DNA of 25,870 nucleotides from a candidate division WOR-3 bacterium (GCA_965649115.1 CBFGJN010000022.1:1-25870); one strand, 5' to 3'; numbered from the stretch's first letter, positions 9,194 to 18,916 are shown. Notes: a model not told the origin generated them from the letters alone. A program made the numbers and translations.

Positions 9194-10512
9194 TTTATCC
9201 ATTTCTTTTATTATTTTTTATTTTAGTTATAACGAAGTTATTCACTATTGGTGTTTTTGTTGATGGGATGACTTATGCAAGTATATCAAGAAATTTAGCA
9301 GAGGGGTATGGTTCATTCTTAAAACCACTTTATACCCTTACAATTTATAATGAGTTTTATGAACATCCTCCACTTCAATTTATTTTAGAAAGTTTGTTTT
9401 TTAAAATTTTTAAAGATCACTTTTGGACGGAAAAACTTTATTCAACAATGGTTGGGCTTTTAAGTCTTATTTCTTGTTCTATTATCATTAAAATAATTAA
9501 TAAATATGAAAATTTAAAATTGCCTCTTTTTTCTGCTTCGTTTGTTCTTATTTCAATCCCTTTAACATCTTGGATTATTTTAAATAATATGCTTGAAAAC
9601 ACACTTGTTCTGTTTTTATTGTTATCTTTTATCTTTCTCTTGCTTTCAATTTACAAGAATCCCCTATTTTCAACAATTTCGGGATTATTTTTGTTTCTTT
9701 CATTCTTTTCAAAAGGTCCTGTTTGCTTATTTATTATAATTTTTCCATTCTTTTATTTGAGAAGATTATCCTTTAAGAACATTCTTATTATCGTTTTTTT
9801 TCTTTTAGTTGGATTTTCATTATTCCTTTTTAATGAAAGTATCTTTAATTATCTTAAAATCTATTTTAAAAATCAAGTTTTGAACAGTGTTCTTGGACAT
9901 CGTGAAATTGTTGGAAATAGATATGACCCGATTTTAAAAACAATTAAGGAAATTATTGTTCCTTTTTTATTTCTTTTTATAATTTCTATCTCAAAACGTT
10001 TGAGAATTTACTTTGATAGTTTAACGAAAAAATTTTTAATTCTTTCTGTAATTGCAGTTTTACCGCTTACAATTAGTCCAAAGCAAATGGATTGGTACGT
10101 TTATCCTTCCTTTCCATTCTTTTCTATAACAATTTCTTTAATTTTTAGAGATACATTTTACGAAATTGAAAACGTTTTTAAATTTAACTTTATAAAAGTT
10201 ATCACAACTCTTATTTTACTTATTTGTCTTCTAATTTCAATTAAAAATTATGGTAAAATTTCAAAATATCAAGAATTTCATATTGATTTTAAAAATTTTA
10301 AGCCTTCAAGTCAAAAGGTTGTTGGTGTTTGTCCTAAAAGTTTAATAAATGATTGGGTTTTAATAGCGCTTTCACAAAGATATTTGAAATTTAGTTTTGA
10401 TTTGAATGTTGATAGTGTTATTTTTTCAACAAGAGATTGTAATTTAAAATGCTCAAAAATTTATCCCCCAAACTATAAAAATTATTATATATGCTATAAT
10501 AAATCAATTTAA
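9190..10512 (+). CDS. ArnT/GT39(PMT)-like integral membrane glycosyltransferase
   Basis: DGMTYASISRNL, FYEHPPL, SKGP motifs; many hydrophobic segments; TTGA overlap with PMM stop. Confidence 0.75.
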   Translation: MIYPFLLLFFILVITKLFTIGVFVDGMTYASISRNLAEGYGSFLKPLYTLTIYNEFYEHPPLQFILESLFFKIFKDHFWTEKLYSTMVGLLSLISCSIIIKIINKYENLKLPLFSASFVLISIPLTSWIILNNMLENTLVLFLLLSFIFLLLSIYKNPLFSTISGLFLFLSFFSKGPVCLFIIIFPFFYLRRLSFKNILIIVFFLLVGFSLFLFNESIFNYLKIYFKNQVLNSVLGHREIVGNRYDPILKTIKEIIVPFLFLFIISISKRLRIYFDSLTKKFLILSVIAVLPLTISPKQMDWYVYPSFPFFSITISLIFRDTFYEIENVFKFNFIKVITTLILLICLLISIKNYGKISKYQEFHIDFKNFKPSSQKVVGVCPKSLINDWVLIALSQRYLKFSFDLNVDSVIFSTRDCNLKCSKIYPPNYKNYYICYNKSI

Positions 10513-10516
10513 AGCT

Positions 10517-10720
10517 GCTCTGTCTAGTAATTCTGAAAATATAATCATTTCTATATTTTTCCCACCCGCCCTGAATTTAAGCCTTCGGCTTCAAAATGCC
10601 CATATTTCGGTTATGGGGGGGCGAAGCCCCCCATAAGTTCCCCCATTGTTCCAGGCATTTTAGTGAATTTTTGATAAGTTATTGATTATCAATTATTTAA
10701 CACCATTTACTAGACAAAGC
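10517..10720 (-). mobile_element. MITE-like copy C, intact, 204 bp
   Basis: TIRs gctctgtctagtaatt / atttactagacaaagc; flanking direct repeat aatttaaagct (10506-10516) and aaattaaagct (10721-10731); colinear with reverse complement of copy G. Confidence 0.92.
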
Positions 10721-10731
10721 AAATTAAAGCT

Positions 10732-10890
10732 GCTTTGTCCAATAATCATTGTTAAGTTGTTGATTATCAATGACCTATAAAAATTTTAAGGAAATTATTA
10801 ATTTTATTGGGGGATTTTAAGGGGGCGAAGCTTTAAGCGGAAGGCTTAATTTCAAGGTGGGAAAAATATAGTAAAATAAATAGTTTTAAT
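10732..10890 (+). mobile_element. MITE-like copy D, degenerate, abutting the right target duplication of copy C
   Basis: TIR gctttgtccaataat at 10732, ttgattatcaa, gggggcgaagc, ttaagcggaaggcttaa; internal deletion and no right TIR. Confidence 0.8.
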
Positions 10891-10903
10891 TTTTATTATT
10901 ATC

Positions 10904-10915
10904 CTTTAAAATTTT
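10904..10915 (+). promoter_or_regulatory. CTTTAAAATTTT leaderless promoter motif
   Basis: Exact 12-mer 4 nt before ATG 10920. Confidence 0.75.
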
Positions 10916-10919
10916 ACTT

Positions 10920-11363
10920 ATGAAAGATGGAAGAAATGAAATAGCATTAAAAAGGCTAAATTTAGCAAAGAGGTATTTGGAAAATGCCAAAGAAGATTTA
11001 AAGAAAGCTGGAATTGATAAAAAAGCTAAGCGTTATATTGATATAAAATATGTAGCAAAGGCATCTGGAACAGCTTATTTATCAGCACTTGAAGCCTTAA
11101 AGGCATTATTTATTTCTAAAAATTTGGTTTCTGATGAAGAGGTAAAGGATAAGTTTAAGAAAGTTGAGGAATTTTATAAAGGGTTGAGGAGCATTAAAGG
11201 TTTGGGAAAAGATAGAGACTTATTATTAAGTCTATTTGATGATGTTTATAATATTCTTCATCTTGGTGGTTATTATAGAGAATTACAAAGTAAGAAAGCA
11301 ATAGATGATGGTTTTGAAAAAGTAGAAAAAATTATTAAAATTGTTGAAAGTTATGTTAAGTGA
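10920..11363 (+). CDS. DUF5618-family / HEPN-like helical protein
   Basis: AKRYLENAKE.L, Y.D.KYV..A.GTAY..AL.AL and ILHL.GYY resemble DUF5618 as I recall it. Confidence 0.65.
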   Translation: MKDGRNEIALKRLNLAKRYLENAKEDLKKAGIDKKAKRYIDIKYVAKASGTAYLSALEALKALFISKNLVSDEEVKDKFKKVEEFYKGLRSIKGLGKDRDLLLSLFDDVYNILHLGGYYRELQSKKAIDDGFEKVEKIIKIVESYVK

Positions 11364-11400
11364 TTGATTATCAATACAGAAAAGATTTTTTCATATTGAA

Positions 11401-11412
11401 CTTTAAAATTTT
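11401..11412 (+). promoter_or_regulatory. CTTTAAAATTTT leaderless promoter motif
   Basis: Exact 12-mer 4 nt before in-frame GTG 11417. Confidence 0.7.
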
Positions 11413-11416
11413 CAAA

Positions 11417-12805
11417 GTGAAAAAATATCTCATTTTTCTATTTATTCTTTCGTGCTCATTTATAGAAGGTAATAAATTAAAAACTGAATATGAAGAATGG
11501 TTTTCAAGTTATATTAGGGGTGTAAAAGTTGGTTATAACTATTATTCTATCAAAAAAGTTTTAAATCATTATGAGGTTAAGGAGAAGGCTGTTTTAAAAC
11601 TTAAAATGCTTGGACAGGATAAGGAATTAATAACATTTACCAGTGTGAAATTAGATAAAAATTTAAAAACTGTTGAATTTTCTTTTGAACTTAAAACAGA
11701 TGTTCAAGTAAAAGCATTTGGAAAGGTTGAAAAAAATAAGCTAATTGTTCAATTAGAAGGGACTAACATGCCCAAAACAAAAAGGACATATGAATTGAAA
11801 AGTGATTTTTATTTACCGCAAAGTTGGTGGGCTGTAATTTTACTTGGAAAAGAACCTCCAAAAGAAATGGATGTTTATGACCCTACGAATTTTGTTTTAG
11901 GAAGTGCCAAAAGTGAAAAACTTGGAATTATTGAAACTGAATATAATGGGAAAATAGTTAAAGCATTAGCTTATAGGACTGATATGTTTGATGCTCAAAC
12001 AACAATTTATATTTATAATAAAAGAATCATTAAAGTTGAATCACCATTTGATATAACTCTAATTAGTGAGCCTATGGAAAATGCTACGAAAATAGGTGAG
12101 GAAAAATTAGATGTTCTTCTAATGTTTGCTATAAAACCAGAAGGTTCTTTTAATCCTGAAAAAGATACGATTTTAATTCTACAACTTGATAGTTTAAGAG
12201 GAAATTTAGTACTAGATTTTGGTGCTCAAAGTTTATTAGAAAAAAATAGCTCATCTGCCAAAATAAAAATAATTAAACAAAATTTATCGCTTTTGAATGA
12301 AAGAGATACAATTATTCCTGATAGTGTAAAAATTTATCTTAAAGCTGATGAATTTGCCCAATCTGATCATCCTAGGATTAAAAAACTTGCTTATGAAATT
12401 ACAAAAGATAAAAAGACTAATTTAGAAAAAGCAAGGGCAATAATGTACTGGGTTTGGACTAATTTAGAAAAAAAACCGACTGTAAGTGTTCCTAATGCAA
12501 TTGAAGTTTTAGATATGGGTTATGGTGATTGTAATGAACATTCTGTTCTATATACTGCCTTAGCGAGAGCTGCTGGTATTCCAACTGATATTGTTGTTGG
12601 TCTAATATATGAAAATGGAAGATATTATTATCATGCTTGGAATGCGTCATATATAAATGGTAAATGGATTTGGATAGATCCAGTTTTTGGTCAGTTTCCT
12701 GCAAATGTTGGACATTTAATGCTTCAAAGAGGTTCAATTGATAAGCAAGCTGAAATTATGGGTGTTGTTGGTAAATTAAACATAAAGGTTTTGAGTGTTA
12801 ATTGA
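11417..12805 (+). CDS. Transglutaminase-like domain lipoprotein (start moved from 11360 to GTG 11417)
   Basis: GDCNEHS (Cys), HAW (His), WIDP (Asp) triad; revised N-terminus MKKYLIFLFILSC is a lipoprotein-type signal. Confidence 0.85.
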   Translation: MKKYLIFLFILSCSFIEGNKLKTEYEEWFSSYIRGVKVGYNYYSIKKVLNHYEVKEKAVLKLKMLGQDKELITFTSVKLDKNLKTVEFSFELKTDVQVKAFGKVEKNKLIVQLEGTNMPKTKRTYELKSDFYLPQSWWAVILLGKEPPKEMDVYDPTNFVLGSAKSEKLGIIETEYNGKIVKALAYRTDMFDAQTTIYIYNKRIIKVESPFDITLISEPMENATKIGEEKLDVLLMFAIKPEGSFNPEKDTILILQLDSLRGNLVLDFGAQSLLEKNSSSAKIKIIKQNLSLLNERDTIIPDSVKIYLKADEFAQSDHPRIKKLAYEITKDKKTNLEKARAIMYWVWTNLEKKPTVSVPNAIEVLDMGYGDCNEHSVLYTALARAAGIPTDIVVGLIYENGRYYYHAWNASYINGKWIWIDPVFGQFPANVGHLMLQRGSIDKQAEIMGVVGKLNIKVLSVN

Positions 12806-14505
12806 TGAATTTGAGAGTTTCAATTTGTCAAATTAATCCAAAAATAGGAGATTTTGAATATAATATGAAAAAAATTTTGGAATTTATTGAAAAATCAAGA
12901 AAATATAATGCTGATTTAATTGTTTTTCCAGAGTTAGCACTAACAGGATATTTAATTGAGGATTTAGCATTAAGACCGAGTTTTATTAAAGAAAGCATCA
13001 GAACATTGAAAAGAATAAGTGAATATGTAAATAATGAAGTTGTAATAATTGGATTTGTTAATGAGAAGGATGGTTTTATTTACAATTCTGCAGGAATTTT
13101 ATATAAAGGAAAAATTATTGGAACAATTGAAAAATTTCATCTTCCAAACTATTTAACATTTGATGAGAAAAGAATTTTTAAAGAAGGAAGTGAATATAAA
13201 ATTTTAAATATAGGTGGATATAAGGTTGGAATTGTAATCTGTCAAGATATTTGGCATCCTGATGGACCACTTAGAAAATATAGTATTTATGGAATTGATT
13301 TAGGAATTGTTATAAATGGCTCTCCATATCATGTTTCAAAACAAGAAGAAAGAGAGCATTTAATAATATCAAGAAATATAGATAACTTAATACCAATTGT
13401 TTATGTTAATCTTGTTGGTGGAGAAGATGATTTAGTTTTTGATGGTAGAAGTTTTGTAGTAAATGATGGAAAAGTTATTTCAAGAGCAAAAGCATTTGAG
13501 GAAGATTTAATGATTATAGATATTCCCAAAAGTTATTCATTAAAAAGTAAAATCCATCAAAATCGTTTAAATGAACATAAATTAGATGTTGAGATTAAGG
13601 AAATTTTTATTAAAAAAGAGCTAAAAAATAATTTTGAATTTTTTGGATTTTTAAACGAAAATCCTAATTTTGAAGAAGAAGTTTATAAAGCAATTTTAAC
13701 AGGTTTAAAAGACTATGTTTTAAAAAGTGGTTTTAATAAAGTTATTGTAGGAATATCAGGAGGAATAGATTCCGCCTTAACTACGGTTTTGTGTGTAGAT
13801 GCATTTGGAAATGATAATGTTATTGGTGTTTGGATGGGTAGTAAGTATAATAAACTTGAAAGTTATGAAGATGCTAAAATCCTTTCAAAAAATTTAAAAA
13901 TAGAATTTTTGGAATTCAATATAGACAAAATTTTTGAAAGTTATATTTTAGAATTGAAGAAAAGCTTTAAAAATTATAGCAAAGATAAAATGGAGGAGAA
14001 TTTACAATCAAGAATAAGAGGAAATATTCTTATGAGTTTATCAAATAAATTTAATGCTCTTGTTATATCAACAGGTAATAAGAGTGAATATGCTGTTGGT
14101 TATGCTACGCTTTATGGAGACATGGTTGGTGCTTATGCACCATTAAAGGATGTTTATAAAACTTGGATTTATAAAATTGCAAAGTGGCGAAATGAAAAAA
14201 ATCATGTTATTCCTCAAAGGATTTTTCAAAAGCGACCTTCTGCTGAATTAAGAGAAAATCAATACGATGAAGATGAAATAGGTTCTTATCAAATTTTGGA
14301 TGAGATTATTAGGATGGTTGTTGAGGATGATTTATCAAAAGAAGAAATTTTGAAATTTGTTGATGATGAAAATTATTTGAATAAGGTTTTAGAAATGATA
14401 AGAAAAAATGAATTTAAAAGAAAACTAAGCCCACTTGGTCCTAAAATAACAAAGCGAGCGTTTTATAGGGATAGAAGGTATCCAAATATTAATGTTTTTC
14501 TATGA
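12802..14505 (+). CDS. nadE: Glutamine-dependent NAD+ synthetase
   Basis: Nitrilase domain FPEL / KFHLPNY..FDEKR / ICQD; synthetase SGGIDS, ENLQSRIRG, TGNKSE, GYATLYGD, PSAEL. Confidence 0.96.
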   Translation: MMNLRVSICQINPKIGDFEYNMKKILEFIEKSRKYNADLIVFPELALTGYLIEDLALRPSFIKESIRTLKRISEYVNNEVVIIGFVNEKDGFIYNSAGILYKGKIIGTIEKFHLPNYLTFDEKRIFKEGSEYKILNIGGYKVGIVICQDIWHPDGPLRKYSIYGIDLGIVINGSPYHVSKQEEREHLIISRNIDNLIPIVYVNLVGGEDDLVFDGRSFVVNDGKVISRAKAFEEDLMIIDIPKSYSLKSKIHQNRLNEHKLDVEIKEIFIKKELKNNFEFFGFLNENPNFEEEVYKAILTGLKDYVLKSGFNKVIVGISGGIDSALTTVLCVDAFGNDNVIGVWMGSKYNKLESYEDAKILSKNLKIEFLEFNIDKIFESYILELKKSFKNYSKDKMEENLQSRIRGNILMSLSNKFNALVISTGNKSEYAVGYATLYGDMVGAYAPLKDVYKTWIYKIAKWRNEKNHVIPQRIFQKRPSAELRENQYDEDEIGSYQILDEIIRMVVEDDLSKEEILKFVDDENYLNKVLEMIRKNEFKRKLSPLGPKITKRAFYRDRRYPNINVFL

Positions 14506-16553
14506 TTAGCAAAATTATTGGAGCTTCAAGAGATGAAAATAGTGTAGGTTTTGGAATTTTAAAGAATGTTATTTTTAATGGTTATAAGGGTGTTGTATAT
14601 CCTGTAAATCCAAATGCTAAATCTATAATGGGTATTAAATGCTATAAAAGTGTTCTTGAAATTGAAGATGAAGTAGATTTGGCTGTTATTGTAGTTCCTT
14701 CAAAAATTGTTAAAGATGTTCTTATTGATTGTGCTAAAAAACACATTAATTATGCTATTATTATAAGTTCTGGATTTAAGGAAATAGGAGAAGAAGGCTT
14801 GAAATTAGAAAATGAAATAATTGAAATAGCAAAAAATCACAATATAAGAATTCTTGGACCAAATTGTTTTGGTATTATAAACACTGATAAAACGATTTCT
14901 TTAAATTTAACATTTTCTAAACAAATGTTAAGAGAAGGTAATATAGCATTCATTAGTCAAAGTGGTGCTTTAACAGCTGGGGTTTTAGATTATGCAAAGA
15001 ATAAAAATATAGGTTTTAGTAAGGTTATAACACTTGGAAATAAAGCGGACTTAAATGAAATTGATTTTTTGAATTATTTAAAAGAAGACGAATTAACAAA
15101 AGTTATTTTATTATATTTAGAAGATGTTTCAAAAGGTAGGGAATTTCTTGAAATAGCAAGAGAAATAACTGAAAATTATAAGCCAATTTTAGCAATAAAA
15201 TCAGGTAGAACAATTGAGGGAGCAAAGGCGGTTCGTTCTCATACGGGTTCTTTAACAAGTTCAGATGAATTATATGAAGCACTATTTAAACAAAGTGGTG
15301 TTATAAGGGTTGAAAGTGTTGAAGAATTATTTAATTATGCATTAGCTTTTTCACTAATTGATATTCCAAAATCAAATAAAATAGCAATTTTAACAAATGC
15401 TGGTGGTCCTGGTATTATCGCTGTTGATAGTGCTATTAGAAATAAGTTAAAAGTTCCTGAAATATCAGAGAGAACCAAAGAAAAATTAAGTAATGTTTTA
15501 CCAAAATTTGCTTCATTAAGAAATCCAATAGACACAACAGCGAATATAAGCGCTAATCATTATAAGTTAGCATTAAAAATTTTAAGTGAAGATGATGATA
15601 TTGACGGTATTATTGGAATTGTTGTTAGAGCCTTTACAATGGATATAAATGAGTTTTGTAATGAAATTATTGATGTCTATAAAGAAATTAAAAAACCTTT
15701 AATTATTTGTCTTATGGGTATTGTTGAAATTGAAGAAGGACTTAAAAAATTACAATCTTATAAAATTCCAACTTATAGCTTTCCCGAAGATGCCATCAAA
15801 AGTTTTGCAAAGCTATATGAGTATAAAATTTGGCTTGAAAGACCAAGAACGAACATTAAAACATTTAATGTTAATAAGAATAAAGCATTAGATATTTTAA
15901 GGAGTTCCGAAGTATCAAAAGAAGGGTTTATTTTAGAGGATAAAGCATTTGAAATCCTAAAAATCTATGGATTTAATGTTGCTGATTATGGAATAGCAAG
16001 TAATCTACAAGATGCTATCAGAATTGCTGAAAATATAGGATTTCCAATTGTTTTAAAAATTTTATCAAAACAAATTGTTCATAAATTTGATGTTGGAGGT
16101 GTAAGAATAAATATAAAAAATATAGATGAGCTTAAAGAGCATTATTTTGATATTGAAAAGAATTTAAAGGATAAAATTGATGGATTTATAGTTCAAAAAA
16201 TGGTAAAAGGTTATGAGCTTATACTTGGAGCAAAAAGAGATGAAAAATTCGGTCCAATTATATTGTTTGGACTTGGTGGTATTTATGTTGAAGTTTTTAA
16301 GGACATAACATTTAGATTAGCACCTATTAGAGAATTTAGTGCTTATAGAATGATTGAAGAAATTAAAGGTTATGAAATTCTTAAAGGAGCAAGGGGTCAA
16401 AAAGGTATTAATATTGAGAAATTAGCGGAAAGCATAGAAAGAATTTCCCAACTTATTGTTGATATTCAAGAAATAAAGGAAATGGATATAAATCCTATTA
16501 TTGCTAATGAAGAGAATTATTTTGTTGTAGATGTTAGAATAAAAGTTTTTTGA
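14502..16553 (+). CDS. ADP-forming acetate/acyl-CoA ligase, fused alpha-beta
   Basis: IIGAS, GPNCFG, SQSGA, GNKAD, SHTGSL phospho-His, NPID; C-terminal ATP-grasp HKFDVGGV, FGLGG, DINP. Confidence 0.92.
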   Translation: MISKIIGASRDENSVGFGILKNVIFNGYKGVVYPVNPNAKSIMGIKCYKSVLEIEDEVDLAVIVVPSKIVKDVLIDCAKKHINYAIIISSGFKEIGEEGLKLENEIIEIAKNHNIRILGPNCFGIINTDKTISLNLTFSKQMLREGNIAFISQSGALTAGVLDYAKNKNIGFSKVITLGNKADLNEIDFLNYLKEDELTKVILLYLEDVSKGREFLEIAREITENYKPILAIKSGRTIEGAKAVRSHTGSLTSSDELYEALFKQSGVIRVESVEELFNYALAFSLIDIPKSNKIAILTNAGGPGIIAVDSAIRNKLKVPEISERTKEKLSNVLPKFASLRNPIDTTANISANHYKLALKILSEDDDIDGIIGIVVRAFTMDINEFCNEIIDVYKEIKKPLIICLMGIVEIEEGLKKLQSYKIPTYSFPEDAIKSFAKLYEYKIWLERPRTNIKTFNVNKNKALDILRSSEVSKEGFILEDKAFEILKIYGFNVADYGIASNLQDAIRIAENIGFPIVLKILSKQIVHKFDVGGVRINIKNIDELKEHYFDIEKNLKDKIDGFIVQKMVKGYELILGAKRDEKFGPIILFGLGGIYVEVFKDITFRLAPIREFSAYRMIEEIKGYEILKGARGQKGINIEKLAESIERISQLIVDIQEIKEMDINPIIANEENYFVVDVRIKVF

Positions 16554-16555
16554 AA

Positions 16556-16680
16556 AAAGCCCCCCAAGGCAAAAACTTGGGTTTTTATAAGCGGAAGGCT
16601 TATTTCATTTTAAGCTATTCACTAAAACCATTGATTTTATGGGGGGAATTATTGGGGAGCACTATCCCCCGAGGCATAAA
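16556..16680 (+). mobile_element. MITE-like copy E, rearranged internal fragments
   Basis: agcccccca..gg, ataagcggaaggcttat 16587-16603, atggggggaatt matching copy G interior; no TIRs. Confidence 0.65.
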
Positions 16681-16698
16681 CACATCACGATTTTTATC

Positions 16699-16710
16699 CT
16701 TTAAAATTTT
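16699..16710 (+). promoter_or_regulatory. CTTTAAAATTTT leaderless promoter motif
   Basis: Exact 12-mer 4 nt before in-frame ATG 16715. Confidence 0.75.
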
Positions 16711-16714
16711 AACT

Positions 16715-17059
16715 ATGACTGAAAAGAAACAACATTTTAGAGAGCCTCCAAAAAGCTATTTACCTTATTTTATTGTGTTTTTTGCTCTCGCTGGAATATC
16801 AATAATCAATACAATAATTTTTTATTTAAATTGGGGAAGTTTCGGCTCATCTATAATCCTTATATTAGCATCAATACAGGTCCTACTTCTTGGATTATTC
16901 TTTATGTATTTAAGATATGAAGACAAATTAACGATAGCATTTGCACTTATGCCCTTATTCTTTATATTTCTGCTTATAATGGGAAATATTATGGATAGCC
17001 ATTTCAATAAGAAGGATTTAATAGAATATCAAAAGAATGTTATTAATAATAATAAATAA
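16715..17059 (+). CDS. Cytochrome c oxidase subunit IV family protein (start moved from 16550 to ATG 16715)
   Basis: Three TM helices, Y..VF.AL, LASIQ..L..LFFMYLRYE pattern of COX4_pro/CtaF. Confidence 0.75.
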   Translation: MTEKKQHFREPPKSYLPYFIVFFALAGISIINTIIFYLNWGSFGSSIILILASIQVLLLGLFFMYLRYEDKLTIAFALMPLFFIFLLIMGNIMDSHFNKKDLIEYQKNVINNNK

Positions 17060-17825
17060 TTTTCCAAGTGATGTTAAACCACAAGAAATAAATGATATTG
17101 ATTTAAGTCCAAAATATGGAAGTTTAATCAAGGATGTTTATTTTTATGATCAAAATGGTAAAAAAGTTAATTTTAGTAGTTTAATTGATTATAAAGTGCC
17201 AATTGTTTTAATACCTGTTTATTATACATGCGATGTTGTCTGTAATACAACACTATTTTGGACATTTGAGCAACTTAAAAATTTGAATGATTTGAAAATT
17301 GGTAAGGATTATAAAATTGTAGCATTTTCATTTGATTATAAAAATACGATTGAAGATGCAAAAATAAAATCAAGTTATTGTAAAATTGTTAATGGAAATG
17401 ACGAAAATTGTAAATTTCTTGTATCTGATAGTTCAAATATCAAAAAAATGTTAAATATAATTGGATTTAAAGTAAAGAAAATAAGTAAAAGTGAAATTGC
17501 TCATCCTGTAAGTGTTATTATTTTAACACCAAGTGGTAAAATAAGTTCCTATTTATATGGTTTAAGTTTTGTTGGAAAGGATTTAAGACTTGCTATTTGG
17601 AACGCACAAATTGAAAAAATAGAAAATTTAACAGATTTAGCGAAAGCTGCATTATTATTTTGCTTTCATTATGAACCAAAAGGAGGACAATATGCATTTA
17701 ACTTTACAAAAGTGGCAGGAATAATTGGAATTTTAATGCTAATGCTTGTATTTTTTGTGGTTAAAATTTATAAACCACGTATTACAATGAACACTTTTAG
17801 GCATAGAGGGGACCCTTATTTATAA
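17037..17825 (+). CDS. SCO1/SenC family copper chaperone
   Basis: YYTCDVVC (CxxxC), AHP His ligand, LTPSGKISSYLYG, LLFCFHY, C-terminal TM anchor. Confidence 0.88.
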   Translation: MLLIIINNFPSDVKPQEINDIDLSPKYGSLIKDVYFYDQNGKKVNFSSLIDYKVPIVLIPVYYTCDVVCNTTLFWTFEQLKNLNDLKIGKDYKIVAFSFDYKNTIEDAKIKSSYCKIVNGNDENCKFLVSDSSNIKKMLNIIGFKVKKISKSEIAHPVSVIILTPSGKISSYLYGLSFVGKDLRLAIWNAQIEKIENLTDLAKAALLFCFHYEPKGGQYAFNFTKVAGIIGILMLMLVFFVVKIYKPRITMNTFRHRGDPYL

Positions 17826-17836
17826 GCAATTAAAAA

Positions 17837-18901
17837 TTAACTTAAACCGTTTTCAAAAGCATCAGAGATAGCTTTCCAAAATGGGTCTATTCTTGGATGT
17901 TCAAGTGGTTTCTTAATGCCATTTTCAACAATCCATCTACCTTCTTTAAGAGGCAAAATTTCACCAATAACTTTTGCCAATATATTATTATCATTCAAAA
18001 GCTTAATTAATTCATTTACTTTGTTTGGTCTTACAGTTATGATAAGTGTTCCTTCACTTATTGAAATATAGGGGTCTATATTAAAAAGATCGCATACAAT
18101 TTTTACCTCTTCAAGAACTGGAATTTCATCTTTATAAATAATTATCCCTTTATTGCTTGCTTGAGCCACTTCAAAAACACCACCTATAACTCCGCATTCA
18201 GTAGCATCATGCATAGAGGTTATTCCATTCTCTCTAACACCAATTTTAACAGCGGTCAAAGCATCATCAACTGTGCTCATTTTATAAAATAAATTTTGAG
18301 CCTTTAATAAAATTTCTTCTCCAACTTTACTTTTTATATAATTTGGGAATGTATTTGACAAAATACCAACAGTCTCAATAGCGCACCCTTTTGTTATAAC
18401 AACCTTATCGCCTTCCATTGCCATTGTAGGTGTTATAAATTTATCATAATCACCTATTGCTACAAAAACTGCACCACCTACCATAGGATAATCAACGCCA
18501 CTATATCTTGCAGTATGACCAGTAATTATTGCAGTTCCATATTTTTTACATTCTTCATTTATAACGTTCCAAACAATCTCAAAACTTTCTTCATCTATAT
18601 TTAGAGGCAAATTAAAATCAAAAATTGCATAAGTAGGAGGAAACCCTGTTGTAGTTATATCACTTGCTAAAATGTGGAAAGCAAACCAAGCAGCTCTTTC
18701 CCATCCGTATTGAGGAACAATGTATATTGGGTCAGTAGTGAATGCCATTACTTTATTTTCACAAATTCTAACTATTCCAACATCTACTCCATGTTGAGGA
18801 GGAACGATAACTTCTTCTCTTTTAGCACCAAGTTTAGGAAATATATAACTCTCAAAGAATTCAGGACTTATTTTTCCTATATTTGGGAATTTAATTTTCA
18901 T
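17837..18901 (-). CDS. AIR synthase-related (HypE/ThiL/PurM superfamily) protein
   Basis: GVDVG, TTDP, SDI, GHT, MHDATECG, SEGTL motifs. Confidence 0.88.
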   Translation of the reverse strand: MKIKFPNIGKISPEFFESYIFPKLGAKREEVIVPPQHGVDVGIVRICENKVMAFTTDPIYIVPQYGWERAAWFAFHILASDITTTGFPPTYAIFDFNLPLNIDEESFEIVWNVINEECKKYGTAIITGHTARYSGVDYPMVGGAVFVAIGDYDKFITPTMAMEGDKVVITKGCAIETVGILSNTFPNYIKSKVGEEILLKAQNLFYKMSTVDDALTAVKIGVRENGITSMHDATECGVIGGVFEVAQASNKGIIIYKDEIPVLEEVKIVCDLFNIDPYISISEGTLIITVRPNKVNELIKLLNDNNILAKVIGEILPLKEGRWIVENGIKKPLEHPRIDPFWKAISDAFENGLS

Positions 18902-18904
18902 TCC

Positions 18905-18916
18905 AAAATTTTAAAG
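18905..18916 (-). promoter_or_regulatory. CTTTAAAATTTT leaderless promoter motif
   Basis: aaaattttaaag on + strand, 3 nt before the minus-strand ATG at 18901. Confidence 0.75.

Noticed and set aside
10681..11375. TTGATTATCAA (10682, 10760, 11364) as an FNR/CRP-family site
   Set aside because: Half-site spacing is 1 nt, not the 4 nt of FNR boxes, and the motif is explained as element interior
13237..13254. NadE ICQD instead of the usual ICED
   Set aside because: The catalytic Glu-Lys-Cys residues are intact; one substitution is not evidence of changed function
16550..16714. 55-codon N-terminal extension of oxidase subunit IV
   Set aside because: Made of element fragments and the promoter motif; ATG 16715 fits the family length
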